The notes: generated from the letters alone by a model not told the origin. A stretch of DNA of 64,000 bases from Desulfobacterales bacterium (GCA_046540355.1 JBKHFD010000001.1:19800-83799); one strand, 5' to 3'. Shown: positions 39,858 to 51,048, numbered from the stretch's first letter. Program-made: numbers and translations.

Positions 39858-40815
39858 CTCGGTCTTGCTGCCGGATTTCGGGCGGAGCCTTTCGCCTGCA
39901 GATACCGGCCGCCTCGGGACATCTGGGATGAAACCTGCAACCCGAAGGGGGCGAGGCTGAAGAAGGAGCCTCGCCCTTTACGATTTCCTGGTCCGCTCTT
40001 TTTTCCCCGGCCACCGGAATCGCGGAAATCAGCATCCTGGTATAGGGATGGAGCGGATTTTCAATAATATCTGCCGTATTTCCGCTTTCCACTATGCTGC
40101 CAAGATACATTACCGCAATCCGGTCGGCAATATTGCTGACTACGCTCAAATCGTGAGATATAAACAAATATGATAAACGATGTCTCTCCTGGAGCCTCAG
40201 CAGAAGATTTATCACCTGAGCCTGAACAGAGACATCAAGAGCGCTTACCGCCTCATCGCAGATAATAAGATCCGGCCGCATGGAAACAGCCCTGGCTATG
40301 TTGATCCTCTGGCGCTGGCCCCCTGAAAATTCGTGGGGAAACCTGTAAATCATATCCGCACCAAGCCCCACCTCGCCGAGAAGTTTTCTTGCGTGCTGCT
40401 CGCGCGATCCTTCCAGCATTTTAAACTGCACCAGACCTTCTGTAACAATATCCATGACGTTCATCCTGGGATTAAGCGAGGATAGAGGATCCTGGAAAAC
40501 CGCCTGCAGGTTTTTCCTCATACGGTTCATCCGTGGGCGCGAAAGCTTGAGCAACTGCTCTTCCAGAAAAAGCACATCTCCGCCTGTGGCGGCTTCCAGC
40601 CCCAAAAGAGTCCTGCCGAGAGTGGTCTTGCCACAGCCGGACTCGCCCACCAGGCCCAGGGTTTCATTTTTCATAATTGAGAAGCTAACCCCGTCCACCG
40701 CCTTTATATCGGCGGTACGCCTGGCAAATATGCCCTTTTTTAATTCAAACCATGTCTTTAAATCAGAGACCTCCAGCAGCGGTTTTTCCACGGTATCCCG
40801 GCTGCTTTTATTCAT
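39820..40815 (-). CDS. Oligopeptide ABC transporter ATP-binding protein (OppF-like)
   Basis: GESGCGKT, FSGGQRQR, ICDEAVSALD, HPYT, GCRFHPRC. Confidence 0.95.
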   Translation of the reverse strand: MNKSSRDTVEKPLLEVSDLKTWFELKKGIFARRTADIKAVDGVSFSIMKNETLGLVGESGCGKTTLGRTLLGLEAATGGDVLFLEEQLLKLSRPRMNRMRKNLQAVFQDPLSSLNPRMNVMDIVTEGLVQFKMLEGSREQHARKLLGEVGLGADMIYRFPHEFSGGQRQRINIARAVSMRPDLIICDEAVSALDVSVQAQVINLLLRLQERHRLSYLFISHDLSVVSNIADRIAVMYLGSIVESGNTADIIENPLHPYTRMLISAIPVAGEKRADQEIVKGEAPSSASPPSGCRFHPRCPEAAGICRRKAPPEIRQQDRAICCHLYSQAPD

Positions 40816-41789
40816 TGCGACCCCCTGTCCTGATAAGCAAGAAAACATGCAGCCAGGTGACCGTCGCCGCATTCTGCAAATTCCGGTTTTTCGATGCGGC
40901 ACCTGTTGGAAACATAGCTGCAGCGCTCCTGAAAATAACAGCCCTGCGGATAGCTAAGCGGAGAGGGGACCTGACCCGGAATATCTTTTAAATAATTGCG
41001 ACCCCGGGCCGGTCTGGGTATGGCTTCAAGCAATCCTCTTGTATAAGGATGCACCGGACTGGAAAAGATTTCCTCTATTTTCGCACTCTCAACAATACGG
41101 GAAGCATACATCACGATCACCCTGTCGCACATCTCCCAGACCACGCCCATGTCATGCGTGATAAGCAGCAGCGCTGTCTCATTGCGCTTCATTTCCCTTA
41201 TCAATCTGAAAATCTGCGCCTGGGTTGTAACATCCAGGGCGGTTGTGGGCTCGTCGGCAATTATTAACCCGGGGGAAAGCATAAGGGCCATTGCAATCAT
41301 TACCCGCTGCTGCATGCCGCCGGAAAGCTGAAATGGGTAAGCGTTCATCCTGTCTTCGGCATCGGGTATCCCCACCTTTTTGAGCCAGGACAGAGCATAC
41401 TGCCAAGCCTCTTTTGGGGACATATCCTTGTGGAATCCAATGCCCTCGATCATCTGCCTTCCTATGCGATGCAAAGGAGAAAGCGCTGAAAGAGGCTCCT
41501 GGAAGATCATGCTTATTTCGTTTCCGCGCACTGCCCGCAAAGCCTCAGGCTTCAGCTTAAGCAGATCCCTCCCCCCGAAATTCACCTGTCCCGAGACAAT
41601 TCTTCCGGGCGGACTTGGAATCAGTCGTGTCAGGGCAAGGGCTGCAACAGATTTGCCGCAGCCCGACTCGCCAACCAGGCCCAGGCTCTCGCCGCGGCTT
41701 ATGTGAAAGGATACTTCATCCACGGCCCGCAAAGTGCCCTCGTCCACGGAAAATTCAACGGACAGGTCATTTACCGAAAGCAAGGTCAT
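40812..41789 (-). CDS. Oligopeptide ABC transporter ATP-binding protein (OppD-like)
   Basis: [29 protein letters not shown]. Confidence 0.95.
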   Translation of the reverse strand: MTLLSVNDLSVEFSVDEGTLRAVDEVSFHISRGESLGLVGESGCGKSVAALALTRLIPSPPGRIVSGQVNFGGRDLLKLKPEALRAVRGNEISMIFQEPLSALSPLHRIGRQMIEGIGFHKDMSPKEAWQYALSWLKKVGIPDAEDRMNAYPFQLSGGMQQRVMIAMALMLSPGLIIADEPTTALDVTTQAQIFRLIREMKRNETALLLITHDMGVVWEMCDRVIVMYASRIVESAKIEEIFSSPVHPYTRGLLEAIPRPARGRNYLKDIPGQVPSPLSYPQGCYFQERCSYVSNRCRIEKPEFAECGDGHLAACFLAYQDRGSQ

Positions 41790-41799
41790 TTTTTATCCT

Positions 41800-43389
41800 T
41801 TACTCATACCTGGTATACTCTTTGGGATCATAAGCATTTCTGACTCCCTCTCCCACGAATACGCCAAGAAGCATTACCACAAACAGGGAAAGCGAAGGAT
41901 AAACAATAAGCCACCAGGCCCATCTGTACTGCTGGGCCTGGAAAAGCATTTCCCCCCAGCTCGGTGTTGGCGGCGGCAGGCCGAAGCCCAGATAATCCAG
42001 CGCCGCCAGGGCACCTATCGCCCCCACAAGCAAAAACGGGAAAAAAGTTATCACCGGTACCAGGGCATTGGGCAGTATATGCTTGAATATTATCTTGTAT
42101 GACGGCACGCCCATGCACATGGCAGCCTCAACAAACGGCCGCTTGCGAAGGCTCAAAAACTCGGCCCTTATATAATATGAAATCCCTATCCAATTAAACA
42201 GGCCGTAGCACACTAGAAGAAGCCCGAAACTTCGCCCGTAAATAGAACCCATGAGGATCATCACGTACAGGAAAGGCAGTGCATTCCATATTTCAACAAA
42301 TCTCTGGGCCGTTATATCAAACCTGCCGCCGTAATATCCCTGCACCGCGCCCGCGGCCACCCCGACCATCATCGAACCCCCGACCAGAAGCAGCCCGAAA
42401 CTAAGCGCGATGCGAAGCCCGTAAAGAATTCTTGCAAGTACGTCTCTTCCGGCAGAATCAAGCCCCATGGGATGGCCGGCCACCGGCGGGAAGGGAAACT
42501 GCACGTCTGTTTTCTCAAAAGAAGCCACAAACTGCCTGCCGTCCACCACCACCCGGTAATCTGAAACCGGGGCATCAAATCTTTCTTCAGCCAGGCTGAT
42601 CAGAACCTTCCTCTGCGAGTCCTCTATACTTTGCCAGAGTTCGGGCACTTCCCCCGCAGGCTCAAGGTTTCGGTCCACCTCCACCTCGCAAGGACTTACG
42701 CCCTCAATAGAGGGCTCCCTTAAAAGAACCCGGATCGTCTTTGGAGGCTTATTCCTGGGCTCGTACTCGGCCAGCACGGCCTGATATTTTTCTCCTGCAG
42801 GGTTTTCAACAGTAAAGGTTTCATAAGAGGCCGGCTGATTTTCAAACCGCTTTTCCACGGCTTTAAAAAATGAGTCCGGAAATTCGATATAATCGGTCAG
42901 TTTTCCCGGTTTAGACAATCGTCTGTCTTCTCCCGCAAAAAAAGACAAAAGCCTGGTCCTGACAATGCTTAAATCCCGGCTGATATCCGCACTGCCGCTT
43001 CTGGCCGCAGGGCTGAAGCGTATGGTAACCACCCGGTCCACAGGGAGGCTTTCCGGCTTGACACTTTCATAAGGGCCGTAAGGATGAGGGGGGAAAATCA
43101 TGAAGTTGTCGGGGTTATCCGCAAACACAGGCATATCTGCAAGTGCCTTGTAATCCGGGCGCGTATGCCTGCCGCTTCCTGTAAATTCGTCTTCGGTAAA
43201 GTACTGGATAACCGGAAAATAAGATTCGCCTTCAAAATTGATATACAGAGGACTGCTGTTGCAGAGAAGCTCGGCAACAAGGCTTAGCCCGTAGAGTATC
43301 ACAAGCAGCCAGAATGACAGATAAGCGCGCTTCATTGCGCGGAATCTGGCCAGTCGTTTTCTTGTGACCGGATTTCGGATAATCTTCAA
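41800..43389 (-). CDS. Peptide ABC transporter permease, YejE/OppC-like, with a large insertion
   Basis: RFRAMKRAYLSF, HPMGLDSAGRDVLARILYG, GAVQGYYGG, FVEAA, LDYLGFGLP.PTPSWG. Confidence 0.92.
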   Translation of the reverse strand: MKIIRNPVTRKRLARFRAMKRAYLSFWLLVILYGLSLVAELLCNSSPLYINFEGESYFPVIQYFTEDEFTGSGRHTRPDYKALADMPVFADNPDNFMIFPPHPYGPYESVKPESLPVDRVVTIRFSPAARSGSADISRDLSIVRTRLLSFFAGEDRRLSKPGKLTDYIEFPDSFFKAVEKRFENQPASYETFTVENPAGEKYQAVLAEYEPRNKPPKTIRVLLREPSIEGVSPCEVEVDRNLEPAGEVPELWQSIEDSQRKVLISLAEERFDAPVSDYRVVVDGRQFVASFEKTDVQFPFPPVAGHPMGLDSAGRDVLARILYGLRIALSFGLLLVGGSMMVGVAAGAVQGYYGGRFDITAQRFVEIWNALPFLYVMILMGSIYGRSFGLLLVCYGLFNWIGISYYIRAEFLSLRKRPFVEAAMCMGVPSYKIIFKHILPNALVPVITFFPFLLVGAIGALAALDYLGFGLPPPTPSWGEMLFQAQQYRWAWWLIVYPSLSLFVVMLLGVFVGEGVRNAYDPKEYTRYE

Positions 43390-43390
43390 T

Positions 43391-44434
43391 TTACTGCTTC
43401 CGAAAATTAATTCTGGGATCTATTATAACGTAGAGAAAATCCGCCACCACATTTCCCAAAAGACTCAGTATAGAGGTCAAGGCCAGTATTCCCATGAAAA
43501 CCGGATAATCGCGCCCGACAATCGCCTCCAGGCTAAGCCTTCCCATGCCCGGAATTTCAAAGACCTTTTCTATGATCACAGAGCCTGCGAACATAACGGT
43601 CATAATACCGCTGATGCCGGTGGCAATCGGTATCAGGGCGTTGCGCACGGCATGGCCCCACACGGCCCTTGCAAAGCTGCCGCCTTTTGCCAGGACAGTT
43701 CTGACATAGTCCCGACTGATCTGCTCTATCAGGGAATTTTTCATCAAAAGAGTGAGCACCGCAAAATTGCCGATCACATAACACAGCACGGGCAGAAACA
43801 TGTGCATGAAGATATCACGGATTTTGCCCGCGGGGCTTAGCTGCGCGTAATTTTCGGAATGAAATCCGGAAAGCGGAAAAATATCCCAGAAAGCATCCAC
43901 TGTGCCGCTGAAAAGCATCTTCAATATCATGCCCAGGGCAAACGGCGGGATTGCATATCCCACAAACACCGCCACACTGGAGATCAGGTCAAAAACTCCG
44001 TTATGCCGCAACGCTTTTGCAATCCCCAGGGGTATGCAAACAAGATAGGAAAGTACAAATCCGGTAACCCCGAATACAAGAGAAACCTTGAAGCGCTCTT
44101 TTATAAGCTGCCATGCCGTCTTGTCCGGAAACCGGTAGGAATGCATCTGCATTCCCACCTTGTCGGTCACCAGCCAATTCCAGTAGCGCTTGTAAACAGG
44201 CTGGTCAAAGCCGTAATAGGCCTCTATCTCCTTTCTTTGTTGTTCGGATATCGAGGCAGAGGCTCCTTCGCCAAAGCTTGTTTCGCCGCCATCGGCACCT
44301 CTCATCTGCATGATGGCCTGCTCAACAGGTCCTCCGGGGACAAACTGGATCAAAATGAAGCAAAGAACGGTAATGCCGAGGAAAGTCGGAATAATAAGCA
44401 GCAGTCGTTTAACAAAATAGTCGAGCCGTTCCAT
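43391..44434 (-). CDS. Peptide ABC transporter permease, YejB/OppB-like
   Basis: YFVKRLLLIIPT, QFVPGGPVEQ, YGFDQP, DYVRT..AKG, RDYPV, DPRI. Confidence 0.94.
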   Translation of the reverse strand: MERLDYFVKRLLLIIPTFLGITVLCFILIQFVPGGPVEQAIMQMRGADGGETSFGEGASASISEQQRKEIEAYYGFDQPVYKRYWNWLVTDKVGMQMHSYRFPDKTAWQLIKERFKVSLVFGVTGFVLSYLVCIPLGIAKALRHNGVFDLISSVAVFVGYAIPPFALGMILKMLFSGTVDAFWDIFPLSGFHSENYAQLSPAGKIRDIFMHMFLPVLCYVIGNFAVLTLLMKNSLIEQISRDYVRTVLAKGGSFARAVWGHAVRNALIPIATGISGIMTVMFAGSVIIEKVFEIPGMGRLSLEAIVGRDYPVFMGILALTSILSLLGNVVADFLYVIIDPRINFRKQ

Positions 44435-44530
44435 TTTATCCGCTTAAGGGTTATTTCACGGAGCCGCAATATTTGCCGGCAGCCGGAATATATATTTAAA
44501 AATCTGAAACGCTCAATTTAGGAAACAAGA

Positions 44531-44564
44531 ACAGGGAACAAGAAAGGAAGTTCTTGTTCCCTGT
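44531..44564 (-). terminator. Hairpin downstream of rpsI, probable terminator
   Basis: Perfect 14-bp stem ACAGGGAACAAGAA / TTCTTGTTCCCTGT with a T-rich tail on the minus strand. Confidence 0.7.
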
Positions 44565-44603
44565 ATATAAACAAAAATATAAACCCGTTTCCGGGAAAAT
44601 TTT

Positions 44604-44999
44604 TTAACGCTTGGAGAACTGGAAGCGTGCCCTTGCTCCCGGCTGTCCGTATTTTTTGCGCTCCTTGGTACGCGGATCGCGCTTTACAAATCCCGCCTTC
44701 TTAAGTGTGAGCCGGAAATCCGGGTTGGACTGGAAAAGAGCCTTTGTAATGCCGTGCCTTACTGCGGCAGCCTGACCCATTGTCCCGCCTCCGCGAACGT
44801 TTATCTTTACATCGTATTCCCCCACCGTATCGGTGAGCTCAAAGGGCTGCATCAGCATCTGGCGGGCCGCGTCAAGAGCAAAAAACTCCCCGGCGGGCTT
44901 GTTGTTGATTGTTATTTCGCCTTTACCCGGTTTCAACCAGGTTCTTGCCACCGCCATCTTTCTTTTTCCGGTGGCGTAAAAAACGCTTTGCTGTTCCAT
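44604..44999 (-). CDS. rpsI: 30S ribosomal protein S9
   Basis: ATGKRK.AVAR, GGG..GQA, ERKKYG...AR..FQFSKR. Confidence 0.98.
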   Translation of the reverse strand: MEQQSVFYATGKRKMAVARTWLKPGKGEITINNKPAGEFFALDAARQMLMQPFELTDTVGEYDVKINVRGGGTMGQAAAVRHGITKALFQSNPDFRLTLKKAGFVKRDPRTKERKKYGQPGARARFQFSKR

Positions 45000-45048
45000 T
45001 AATCCCCCGATTTATTTTTTATATACCAAATTCTTATTGCTTGACCCG

Positions 45049-45483
45049 TTAAATTTCAAGCGTCTCAGGCTGCTGAGCCTGGTGCGGATGCTGATTTCCG
45101 GCATAGACTTTCAGCTTTTTGTTCAAAGAGCGGCCCAGAGGATTTTTGGGCAGCATTCCACGCACCGCGTTTCTGATCAGGTCCTCGGGACGCTTTTCCC
45201 TTAATTTTCCTGCGGTAATTGATTTTATTCCGCCCATGTATCCGCTGTGCCTGTAATAGTTTTTCTGGCTCCATTTCTTGCCCGTAAGGCGCACCTTGTC
45301 GGCATTTATCACTATTACGAAATCTCCGCAGTCCACATGCGGGGTATACATGGGATTGCGCTTTCCGCGCAGGCGGGCCGCCACTTCTGCGGCCAGACGT
45401 CCCAGAACCTTATCCTCGGCATCAACCACGTACCATTTTCTTTCAACTTCGCCCGGCTTGGCGCTTTTGGTATATTTCTTCAC
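45049..45483 (-). CDS. rplM: 50S ribosomal protein L13
   Basis: WYVVDA...[29 protein letters not shown]; GTG start after AAGGAG. Confidence 0.98.
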   Translation of the reverse strand: MKKYTKSAKPGEVERKWYVVDAEDKVLGRLAAEVAARLRGKRNPMYTPHVDCGDFVIVINADKVRLTGKKWSQKNYYRHSGYMGGIKSITAGKLREKRPEDLIRNAVRGMLPKNPLGRSLNKKLKVYAGNQHPHQAQQPETLEI

Positions 45484-45740
45484 TGTCCCTACTCCTTCGC
45501 ACAAAAATTTAATTTGGTATCTATAACCAAAACCCACAGACCTGTCAAGAGAAAAACACGGATTTTCTGCAATCGGCGGCAGGCACCTTTCAATTTATTG
45601 CCAGGTCTTAACCCCATGGAGGACCGGATATTGTTTTCACATTGTTTGACATTTACCAAAGGTTTATCTATTTTAATAAAATCCAGACTCTATGCTTCAA
45701 ACTTACAACAACCTAAATTTTTCAGCAATGAAGATCAGCC

Positions 45741-46361
45741 ATGCCCCTGCTCGAAACCGAAGTAAAGTTTTATCTGCCCCATCCGGAAACCATAAGACGC
45801 CGGATACAGGAGACAGGCGGACGATACGTAGAAGAAAACTTTGAGAAAAACATCCGCTTTGAAGACAGCGACTGCTCCTTTTTTAAAAAAAACGCCCTGC
45901 TAAGACTCAGAAAAACAGACAACCGCTCCGAACTTACCTATAAGGGGGAGCCTCCTGCAAAAAACACTGATTTCAAAGTCCACCAGGAATTGGAAGTCCT
46001 GGTCAGCGACTTTGAAACCACGGCACAAATAATTGAAACCCTGGGATTTCATAAAGAACAGGTATATGAAAAATACAGGGAAACCTGGAATTTTAACAGC
46101 GCCGTTGTCTGCATGGACCGGATGCCGTTTGGAAACTTTTTAGAAATAGAAGGAGAACCTGAAGCCATACGCGAAATCGCAGCCAAACTGGGCTTTGACT
46201 GGAAAAAACGCATCCTTGAAAATTATCTTTCAATCTTTGAGCAACTGAAAACAAAAAGCTCGCTTGACTTCAATGATGTGACATTTGAAAACTTCATAGA
46301 TGTTGATATTGATTTTGCCGGATTTGCGTATTTGTTTGAGGCCGGTTACCCGCACAAATAA
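45741..46361 (+). CDS. CYTH domain protein (class IV adenylate cyclase-like triphosphate tunnel enzyme)
   Basis: ETEVKF (ExExK), LLRLR, LTYKG, YEKYRE, FLEIEG. Confidence 0.9.
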   Translation: MPLLETEVKFYLPHPETIRRRIQETGGRYVEENFEKNIRFEDSDCSFFKKNALLRLRKTDNRSELTYKGEPPAKNTDFKVHQELEVLVSDFETTAQIIETLGFHKEQVYEKYRETWNFNSAVVCMDRMPFGNFLEIEGEPEAIREIAAKLGFDWKKRILENYLSIFEQLKTKSSLDFNDVTFENFIDVDIDFAGFAYLFEAGYPHK

Positions 46362-47161
46362 ACCTTCACCCGGTCTTTCTGTCCGAGTTTAAGCTGCTCT
46401 TCGGCACTTCCCCCGTTTACCGATATTTCCAGACGATTGCTGCTTCCTATGACTGCAAGGGGTTCGCCTTTTGCGACGGAACTGTATGAATCGCTTAAAC
46501 CGCAGATTCTCCGACCGCCTGCAAGGATGCAGACCCGGCGATCAAAGCCTTCCGTGTTACCGAAAGCCTCTCTGATATCCGGGATTCGTATATTAGAAAT
46601 AAGATTTCCGAAACGATCCGCTACAATTACTGATCCCCAAAGTACGCCCTTGTCATCGAGTTCCGGGGGCGGCCCGAAATCAAGATGCACCAAGGTTTCA
46701 GTATCCAGAGGGGGTCCCAGAAGCTCCATTTCCATACCGCATGCCAGCCTTGCTGCAGCAGGCGCAAAAATGTCTCTTCCGTGAAAGGTGCGGCTTACGG
46801 GGTGAAGGAAAATGTCAGTATTTTCCAGAGAAAAGGCTGCCAAAACCTCCTGTTCTTCGATAACCAGGCTGAGCAATCCGTTGTCAGGCGCAATAAACAC
46901 CCCTGCTTCTGTTTTTACAGCGGCAATTTTCCTCCCGCTGCCCACCCCCGGGTCCACAACTGCCGCATGAATGGTATCTTTCGGGAAATATGAATAGGCG
47001 GAAGACAAAACATATGCCGCCTCGTGCACATCCTGGGGCGATATGAGATGGGTGATGTCAATAATACCGGCTCCGGGGCAGACAGAGGATATTACGCCCT
47101 TCATTATGCCGGCATAAGGATCCGTAACTCCGAAATCGGTGAGAAGTGAAACAACAGGCAT
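46346..47161 (-). CDS. SAM hydroxide adenosyltransferase (DUF62, chlorinase/fluorinase family)
   Basis: LLTDFG, VVDPGVGS.R, APDNGLL, TFHGRDIFAP, DRFGN. Confidence 0.93.
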   Translation of the reverse strand: MPVVSLLTDFGVTDPYAGIMKGVISSVCPGAGIIDITHLISPQDVHEAAYVLSSAYSYFPKDTIHAAVVDPGVGSGRKIAAVKTEAGVFIAPDNGLLSLVIEEQEVLAAFSLENTDIFLHPVSRTFHGRDIFAPAAARLACGMEMELLGPPLDTETLVHLDFGPPPELDDKGVLWGSVIVADRFGNLISNIRIPDIREAFGNTEGFDRRVCILAGGRRICGLSDSYSSVAKGEPLAVIGSSNRLEISVNGGSAEEQLKLGQKDRVKVYLCG

Positions 47162-47180
47162 TAAAGCCCCCGGGTTCTTG

Positions 47181-48209
47181 CTATTCTGCAGGATAACCCA
47201 TATGGGTAAAAGCCTCGGCCGACGCCTTTCTGCCCGAGGAGGTCCGCACCAGCAGGCCGATCTTGAGCAGAAATGGCTCTACAACATCTACCAGGGTATC
47301 GGTTTCTTCCTGAAGGGTTGCGGCAATGGCTTCAATTCCCACAGGACCTCCGCCGTAATAATCTATAATGGTCTGCAGGTAGCGTCTGTCAAGCGGGGTA
47401 AGACCCAGGGAATCCACGCCTTCAAGGCTTAAGGCATCCGACACCGCGGTTTTGCTGATACGTCCGTCGCAGCGCACCTGTGCATAATCCCGCACCCGCT
47501 TTAAAAGACGATTTACGATCCGGGGCGTTCCCCTTGAGCGCCTGGCCAGTTCCTGTGCCCCCGGTGAATCTATCTGAAGATCAAGCAGGCGGGCGGATCG
47601 GTCCACAATCTTTTCAAGGTCATCCTGGTCATAAAAATCAAGGCTTCTAAAAATCCCGAACCTGTCACGAAGCGGAGATGAAAGAAGCCCCACCCGTGTG
47701 GTTGCGCCCACCAGCACGAACTGCTTTAACCTGAACCTGTGGCTTCTTGCATGAATGCCCTTGTCAAAGACAAAATCAATGCAGTAATCCTCCATGGCCG
47801 GATAAAGCAATTCTTCGACAGCCTTGGAGAGCCGGTGGATTTCATCCACAAAAAACACGTCCCCTGTCTCAAGCTGGGTGAGCATGCCGATTAAGTCCCC
47901 ACCCTTTTCCAGGGCAGGACCGGAAGTAACAACCAGTTTTCCGCGCATCTCATTTGCAATAATATGGGCAAGAGTTGTCTTGCCCAAACCCGGAGGCCCG
48001 TGGAGAAGCACGTGCTCCAGGGCTTCACCCCGAAGCTTTGCCGCTTCAATTGCGATCTTCAAGGTCTCAATGGTCTCGCGCTGACCTATATATTCCCCGA
48101 GGCCTTCCGGGCGCAAAGAGACCATTTCAGGCTCCAGATCCGACTGCAGGCACTGGCTCGAAACAATCCCCTGTTTAAATGAAGAAAGTTTGGATCCGTT
48201 ACTGTTCAT
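47181..48209 (-). CDS. ruvB: Holliday junction branch migration helicase RuvB
   Basis: [31 protein letters not shown]. Confidence 0.98.
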   Translation of the reverse strand: MNSNGSKLSSFKQGIVSSQCLQSDLEPEMVSLRPEGLGEYIGQRETIETLKIAIEAAKLRGEALEHVLLHGPPGLGKTTLAHIIANEMRGKLVVTSGPALEKGGDLIGMLTQLETGDVFFVDEIHRLSKAVEELLYPAMEDYCIDFVFDKGIHARSHRFRLKQFVLVGATTRVGLLSSPLRDRFGIFRSLDFYDQDDLEKIVDRSARLLDLQIDSPGAQELARRSRGTPRIVNRLLKRVRDYAQVRCDGRISKTAVSDALSLEGVDSLGLTPLDRRYLQTIIDYYGGGPVGIEAIAATLQEETDTLVDVVEPFLLKIGLLVRTSSGRKASAEAFTHMGYPAE

Positions 48210-48822
48210 CTGTCACCTGACCCCTGTAGACTTCTTCAAACAGATCCTCCGGAGCGTTTATATCGGGCCGCCGCTTAAGGGCGGCATCCACCATTTCCTT
48301 TGCCTCGGATGGTTTGTGACCAAGCTGCCCCGCAAGCACTTCTATAACTTGTTCAGCCACACCTGCTGAAGGTTCGGGCGCCTTTTCCGGAAGGTCGCGG
48401 ATCAGTGCGAATTTCCCCATTTTCCCCTGCAAAGTGGCGATAATCTTATGGGCCGTGCGCTCGCCTATGCCGTTTAATTTTTTAAGCGGACCGATATCTT
48501 TTGACTCAATTGCTCTTGCAATCTCTTTTACGGGCATATTCAGCGCTTTGACCGCTTTTAGCGGCCCGATGGCCTCCACGGTGATAAATAACTCGAAGAA
48601 CTCCCGCTCAGCCTCCAGGTTAAAACCTATCAGGACCGGCTTGGGCTGGTGTTCGGTCTGGTGATAATAAATATAGAAAGCCAGGTTCCCGCCAAGCTGT
48701 CCGGGCGCAATTGTCTCCATGACAAATGCCGGCACCAGCACCTCGTAGCCCACATGATTTACAAGCAACAGGATACGGTCTGATTCTTTTTTTAAGAGCG
48801 TGCCTTCAAGGTATGCAATCAT
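48199..48822 (-). CDS. ruvA: Holliday junction branch migration protein RuvA
   Basis: MIAYLEG, VGYEV, HhH motifs (IGP, GIGERTA); between ruvC and ruvB. Confidence 0.93.
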   Translation of the reverse strand: MIAYLEGTLLKKESDRILLLVNHVGYEVLVPAFVMETIAPGQLGGNLAFYIYYHQTEHQPKPVLIGFNLEAEREFFELFITVEAIGPLKAVKALNMPVKEIARAIESKDIGPLKKLNGIGERTAHKIIATLQGKMGKFALIRDLPEKAPEPSAGVAEQVIEVLAGQLGHKPSEAKEMVDAALKRRPDINAPEDLFEEVYRGQVTDEQ

Positions 48823-48841
48823 AAAAACTATTCAAACCCTT

Positions 48842-49369
48842 TTATTTGCGGATGCCGTTTTTCGGATCTTTTGCCGATAGCTCAGCAAATCCGCTTTCCG
48901 CCCTGTAAAGCCCCACAAGTGCCAAAGCAAGGGCGTCAGAGGCGTGAAAAGGTCTTATGGGTTCTTGATGGCCGATTCTGCGGCGTACGCTTTCCTCAAG
49001 CTGTTTTTTTCCGGCATTGCCGTTTCCAGTAAGGATCTGCTTGACCTCGCGAACCGCGATCTCGTGGACCGCAATCCCGCATCTGTAGCCGGCCAGCATG
49101 ACAACGCCGATGACCTGCCCAAGGCTTATACCTGATTTAGGATACCTTGGAAGGGAAAAAACATCCTCAATCATTAACGCATCAGGGCGTACCTGATCAA
49201 ATGTTTGCGCCAGTTCTTCGAAAATACGGTTAAGTCTCAGGGGAGAAGGATCCCCGGCATCCGTGCGGATAACTCCGTAGGTGTAAGCGTTGGCCTCCGT
49301 GCCTGAACCGGTAATCACAGCAACGCCTGTGGCTGCAAGTCCGGGGTCTATTCCGATAAAGGTTGCCAT
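48842..49369 (-). CDS. ruvC: Holliday junction resolvase RuvC
   Basis: GIDPG, IEDVF, VKQILTG.G.A.K, HASDALA. Confidence 0.95.
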   Translation of the reverse strand: MATFIGIDPGLAATGVAVITGSGTEANAYTYGVIRTDAGDPSPLRLNRIFEELAQTFDQVRPDALMIEDVFSLPRYPKSGISLGQVIGVVMLAGYRCGIAVHEIAVREVKQILTGNGNAGKKQLEESVRRRIGHQEPIRPFHASDALALALVGLYRAESGFAELSAKDPKNGIRK

Positions 49370-49401
49370 GTCAATTCAGTATTTGTAAGCAACCCTGCAA
49401 A

Positions 49402-50283
49402 CTACTCCATAACCGCAATCTGCCGCTTGGCTATTTTGGCTTCATCACTGTCAGGATATTTATTGAGCAGGGTCTGGTAAATAAGCCTGGCATTGGCGCT
49501 TTCGCCAAGTTTATGAAAAGCCATGCCCTGTTTTAAGTATGCCCCGGGGACCTTGTTTCCTTCAGGGTAGTTTTTAATAACCTTTTCATATTCGAGAATA
49601 GCTTTTTCATACCACTTTTCTGCAAAAAACACCTCGCCTATCCAGAAACGAGCATTATCGGCCCTCTCAGACTCCGAAAACTTTTCCAGGAAAAGCTCGA
49701 ATCCTTCAGCCGCTGTTTCGTGATCCCCCTCATCAAAGGCTTTTTTTGCTGCACTGTAAAGCCCGTCCTCGTCGAGTTCTTCCAGATCCGTCTTTTCTGA
49801 AAATTCCTTATCCTTTAAAGACTCAAGCTCCTGGTCGTCCTCCATGCCCAAAAACTTTTCAAGCCGGGAGATGCTTTTATCATTGTCATCCATCTTATCG
49901 GAAAGCCCGGTTATACCGTCAGAAGCCTCTTCCAGATCTTTCTTCACCCCCTCAAGGTTCCTGCTGATACGGTATTCTGTTTCCTCGATTTCTCCGCTCA
50001 GCGTTTGCAGCTCATCTCTGAAACTGTCAAGCTCTGCATCCTGATCTGCAAATAAGTGCCTGATATTATCCCCCTGCTCCCTGTCCGAGACAAGCCCCTG
50101 CTTTAATTCCTCGAGAGAAGACTCCAATTCTTTTTTCTCCTCTTTCTCCTTTTCCAGCTCGGATTTTAATTGGGACACCCGTTTGTTCAGATTATGAACA
50201 TCCGTGTTAGTAGCGCATCCCGCACCAAGAAGAAAAAATCCTGCAAGTATAAATGCAGTAAGAACTAAAAATCTTTTTTTCAT
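49402..50283 (-). CDS. cpoB: Tol-Pal protein CpoB/YbgF, lipoprotein form
   Basis: Lipobox LGAGC, coiled coil, TPR region (ADNARFWIGE, YPEGNKVP); follows pal. Confidence 0.92.
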   Translation of the reverse strand: MKKRFLVLTAFILAGFFLLGAGCATNTDVHNLNKRVSQLKSELEKEKEEKKELESSLEELKQGLVSDREQGDNIRHLFADQDAELDSFRDELQTLSGEIEETEYRISRNLEGVKKDLEEASDGITGLSDKMDDNDKSISRLEKFLGMEDDQELESLKDKEFSEKTDLEELDEDGLYSAAKKAFDEGDHETAAEGFELFLEKFSESERADNARFWIGEVFFAEKWYEKAILEYEKVIKNYPEGNKVPGAYLKQGMAFHKLGESANARLIYQTLLNKYPDSDEAKIAKRQIAVME

Positions 50284-50346
50284 TTTCCTCCCTGCATCCC
50301 TTCTCTTAGAAGGCCGGCAAAAATGCCGGCCGCGGATTGTCAAATT

Positions 50347-50967
50347 TTACCTGCAGAACCTGAATTCCGCTCTGCGGTTTTTGGCCCAGGCCTCCTCGTC
50401 TTGCCCCTTGACCGCGGGCCGTTCTTCTCCGTAGCTTATTGTTGTCAGACGAGTTCCTTCGATACCCGCCTTTACCAGAAAATCCTTTACACTTTCGGCG
50501 CGGCGCGATCCAAGGGCCAGGTTGTACTCATCAGTACCCCGTTCATCGCAGTGGCCTTCAATAATCACGCATGCATCCGGGTTTTCCCTGAGCCAACTGA
50601 CTTTCTGCTGCAGCGTATCCCGGGCCTCTGCACTCAAAGAGGCATCATCGAAGTCAAAGTATACCTTTTCCGAAAGGAACTGTTCTTTTTCTTCTTCTTC
50701 TTTTTCTTCTTCTTCGGTGTCTTCCCGCCGAGTTCTTTTCTCGGCTCTTTCTTCGGCCTCAAGTTCCTGCTCATCGATTTCGGTATCTTCTTTTTCTTCT
50801 GCTCTTTGTCTTTCCGCTTCGGCTGATTCAGACTCAGAGACTTCCCGGTCTCTGTCCGGCATCTCCTGATCAGGATCGGAAGTCTTCTTTGCGCATGACA
50901 CCGCAGCAGCAATCATAAAAACCATGATGCAGCAAAGGGCAAATCTGAAATTCAATTTTTTAAGCAT
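50347..50967 (-). CDS. pal: Peptidoglycan-associated lipoprotein
   Basis: Lipobox AVSC, VYFDFD, IEGHCDERGT.EYNLALG.RRA, ISYGEE, NRRAEF. Confidence 0.97.
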   Translation of the reverse strand: MLKKLNFRFALCCIMVFMIAAAVSCAKKTSDPDQEMPDRDREVSESESAEAERQRAEEKEDTEIDEQELEAEERAEKRTRREDTEEEEKEEEEKEQFLSEKVYFDFDDASLSAEARDTLQQKVSWLRENPDACVIIEGHCDERGTDEYNLALGSRRAESVKDFLVKAGIEGTRLTTISYGEERPAVKGQDEEAWAKNRRAEFRFCR

Positions 50968-51048
50968 GTAGTTCCTCCTTGTTTGGATATGGGTCAGGAT
51001 GTAGATGATTTGTATAAAACCAAATAAAATAAAACCCGAACCTCTGTT

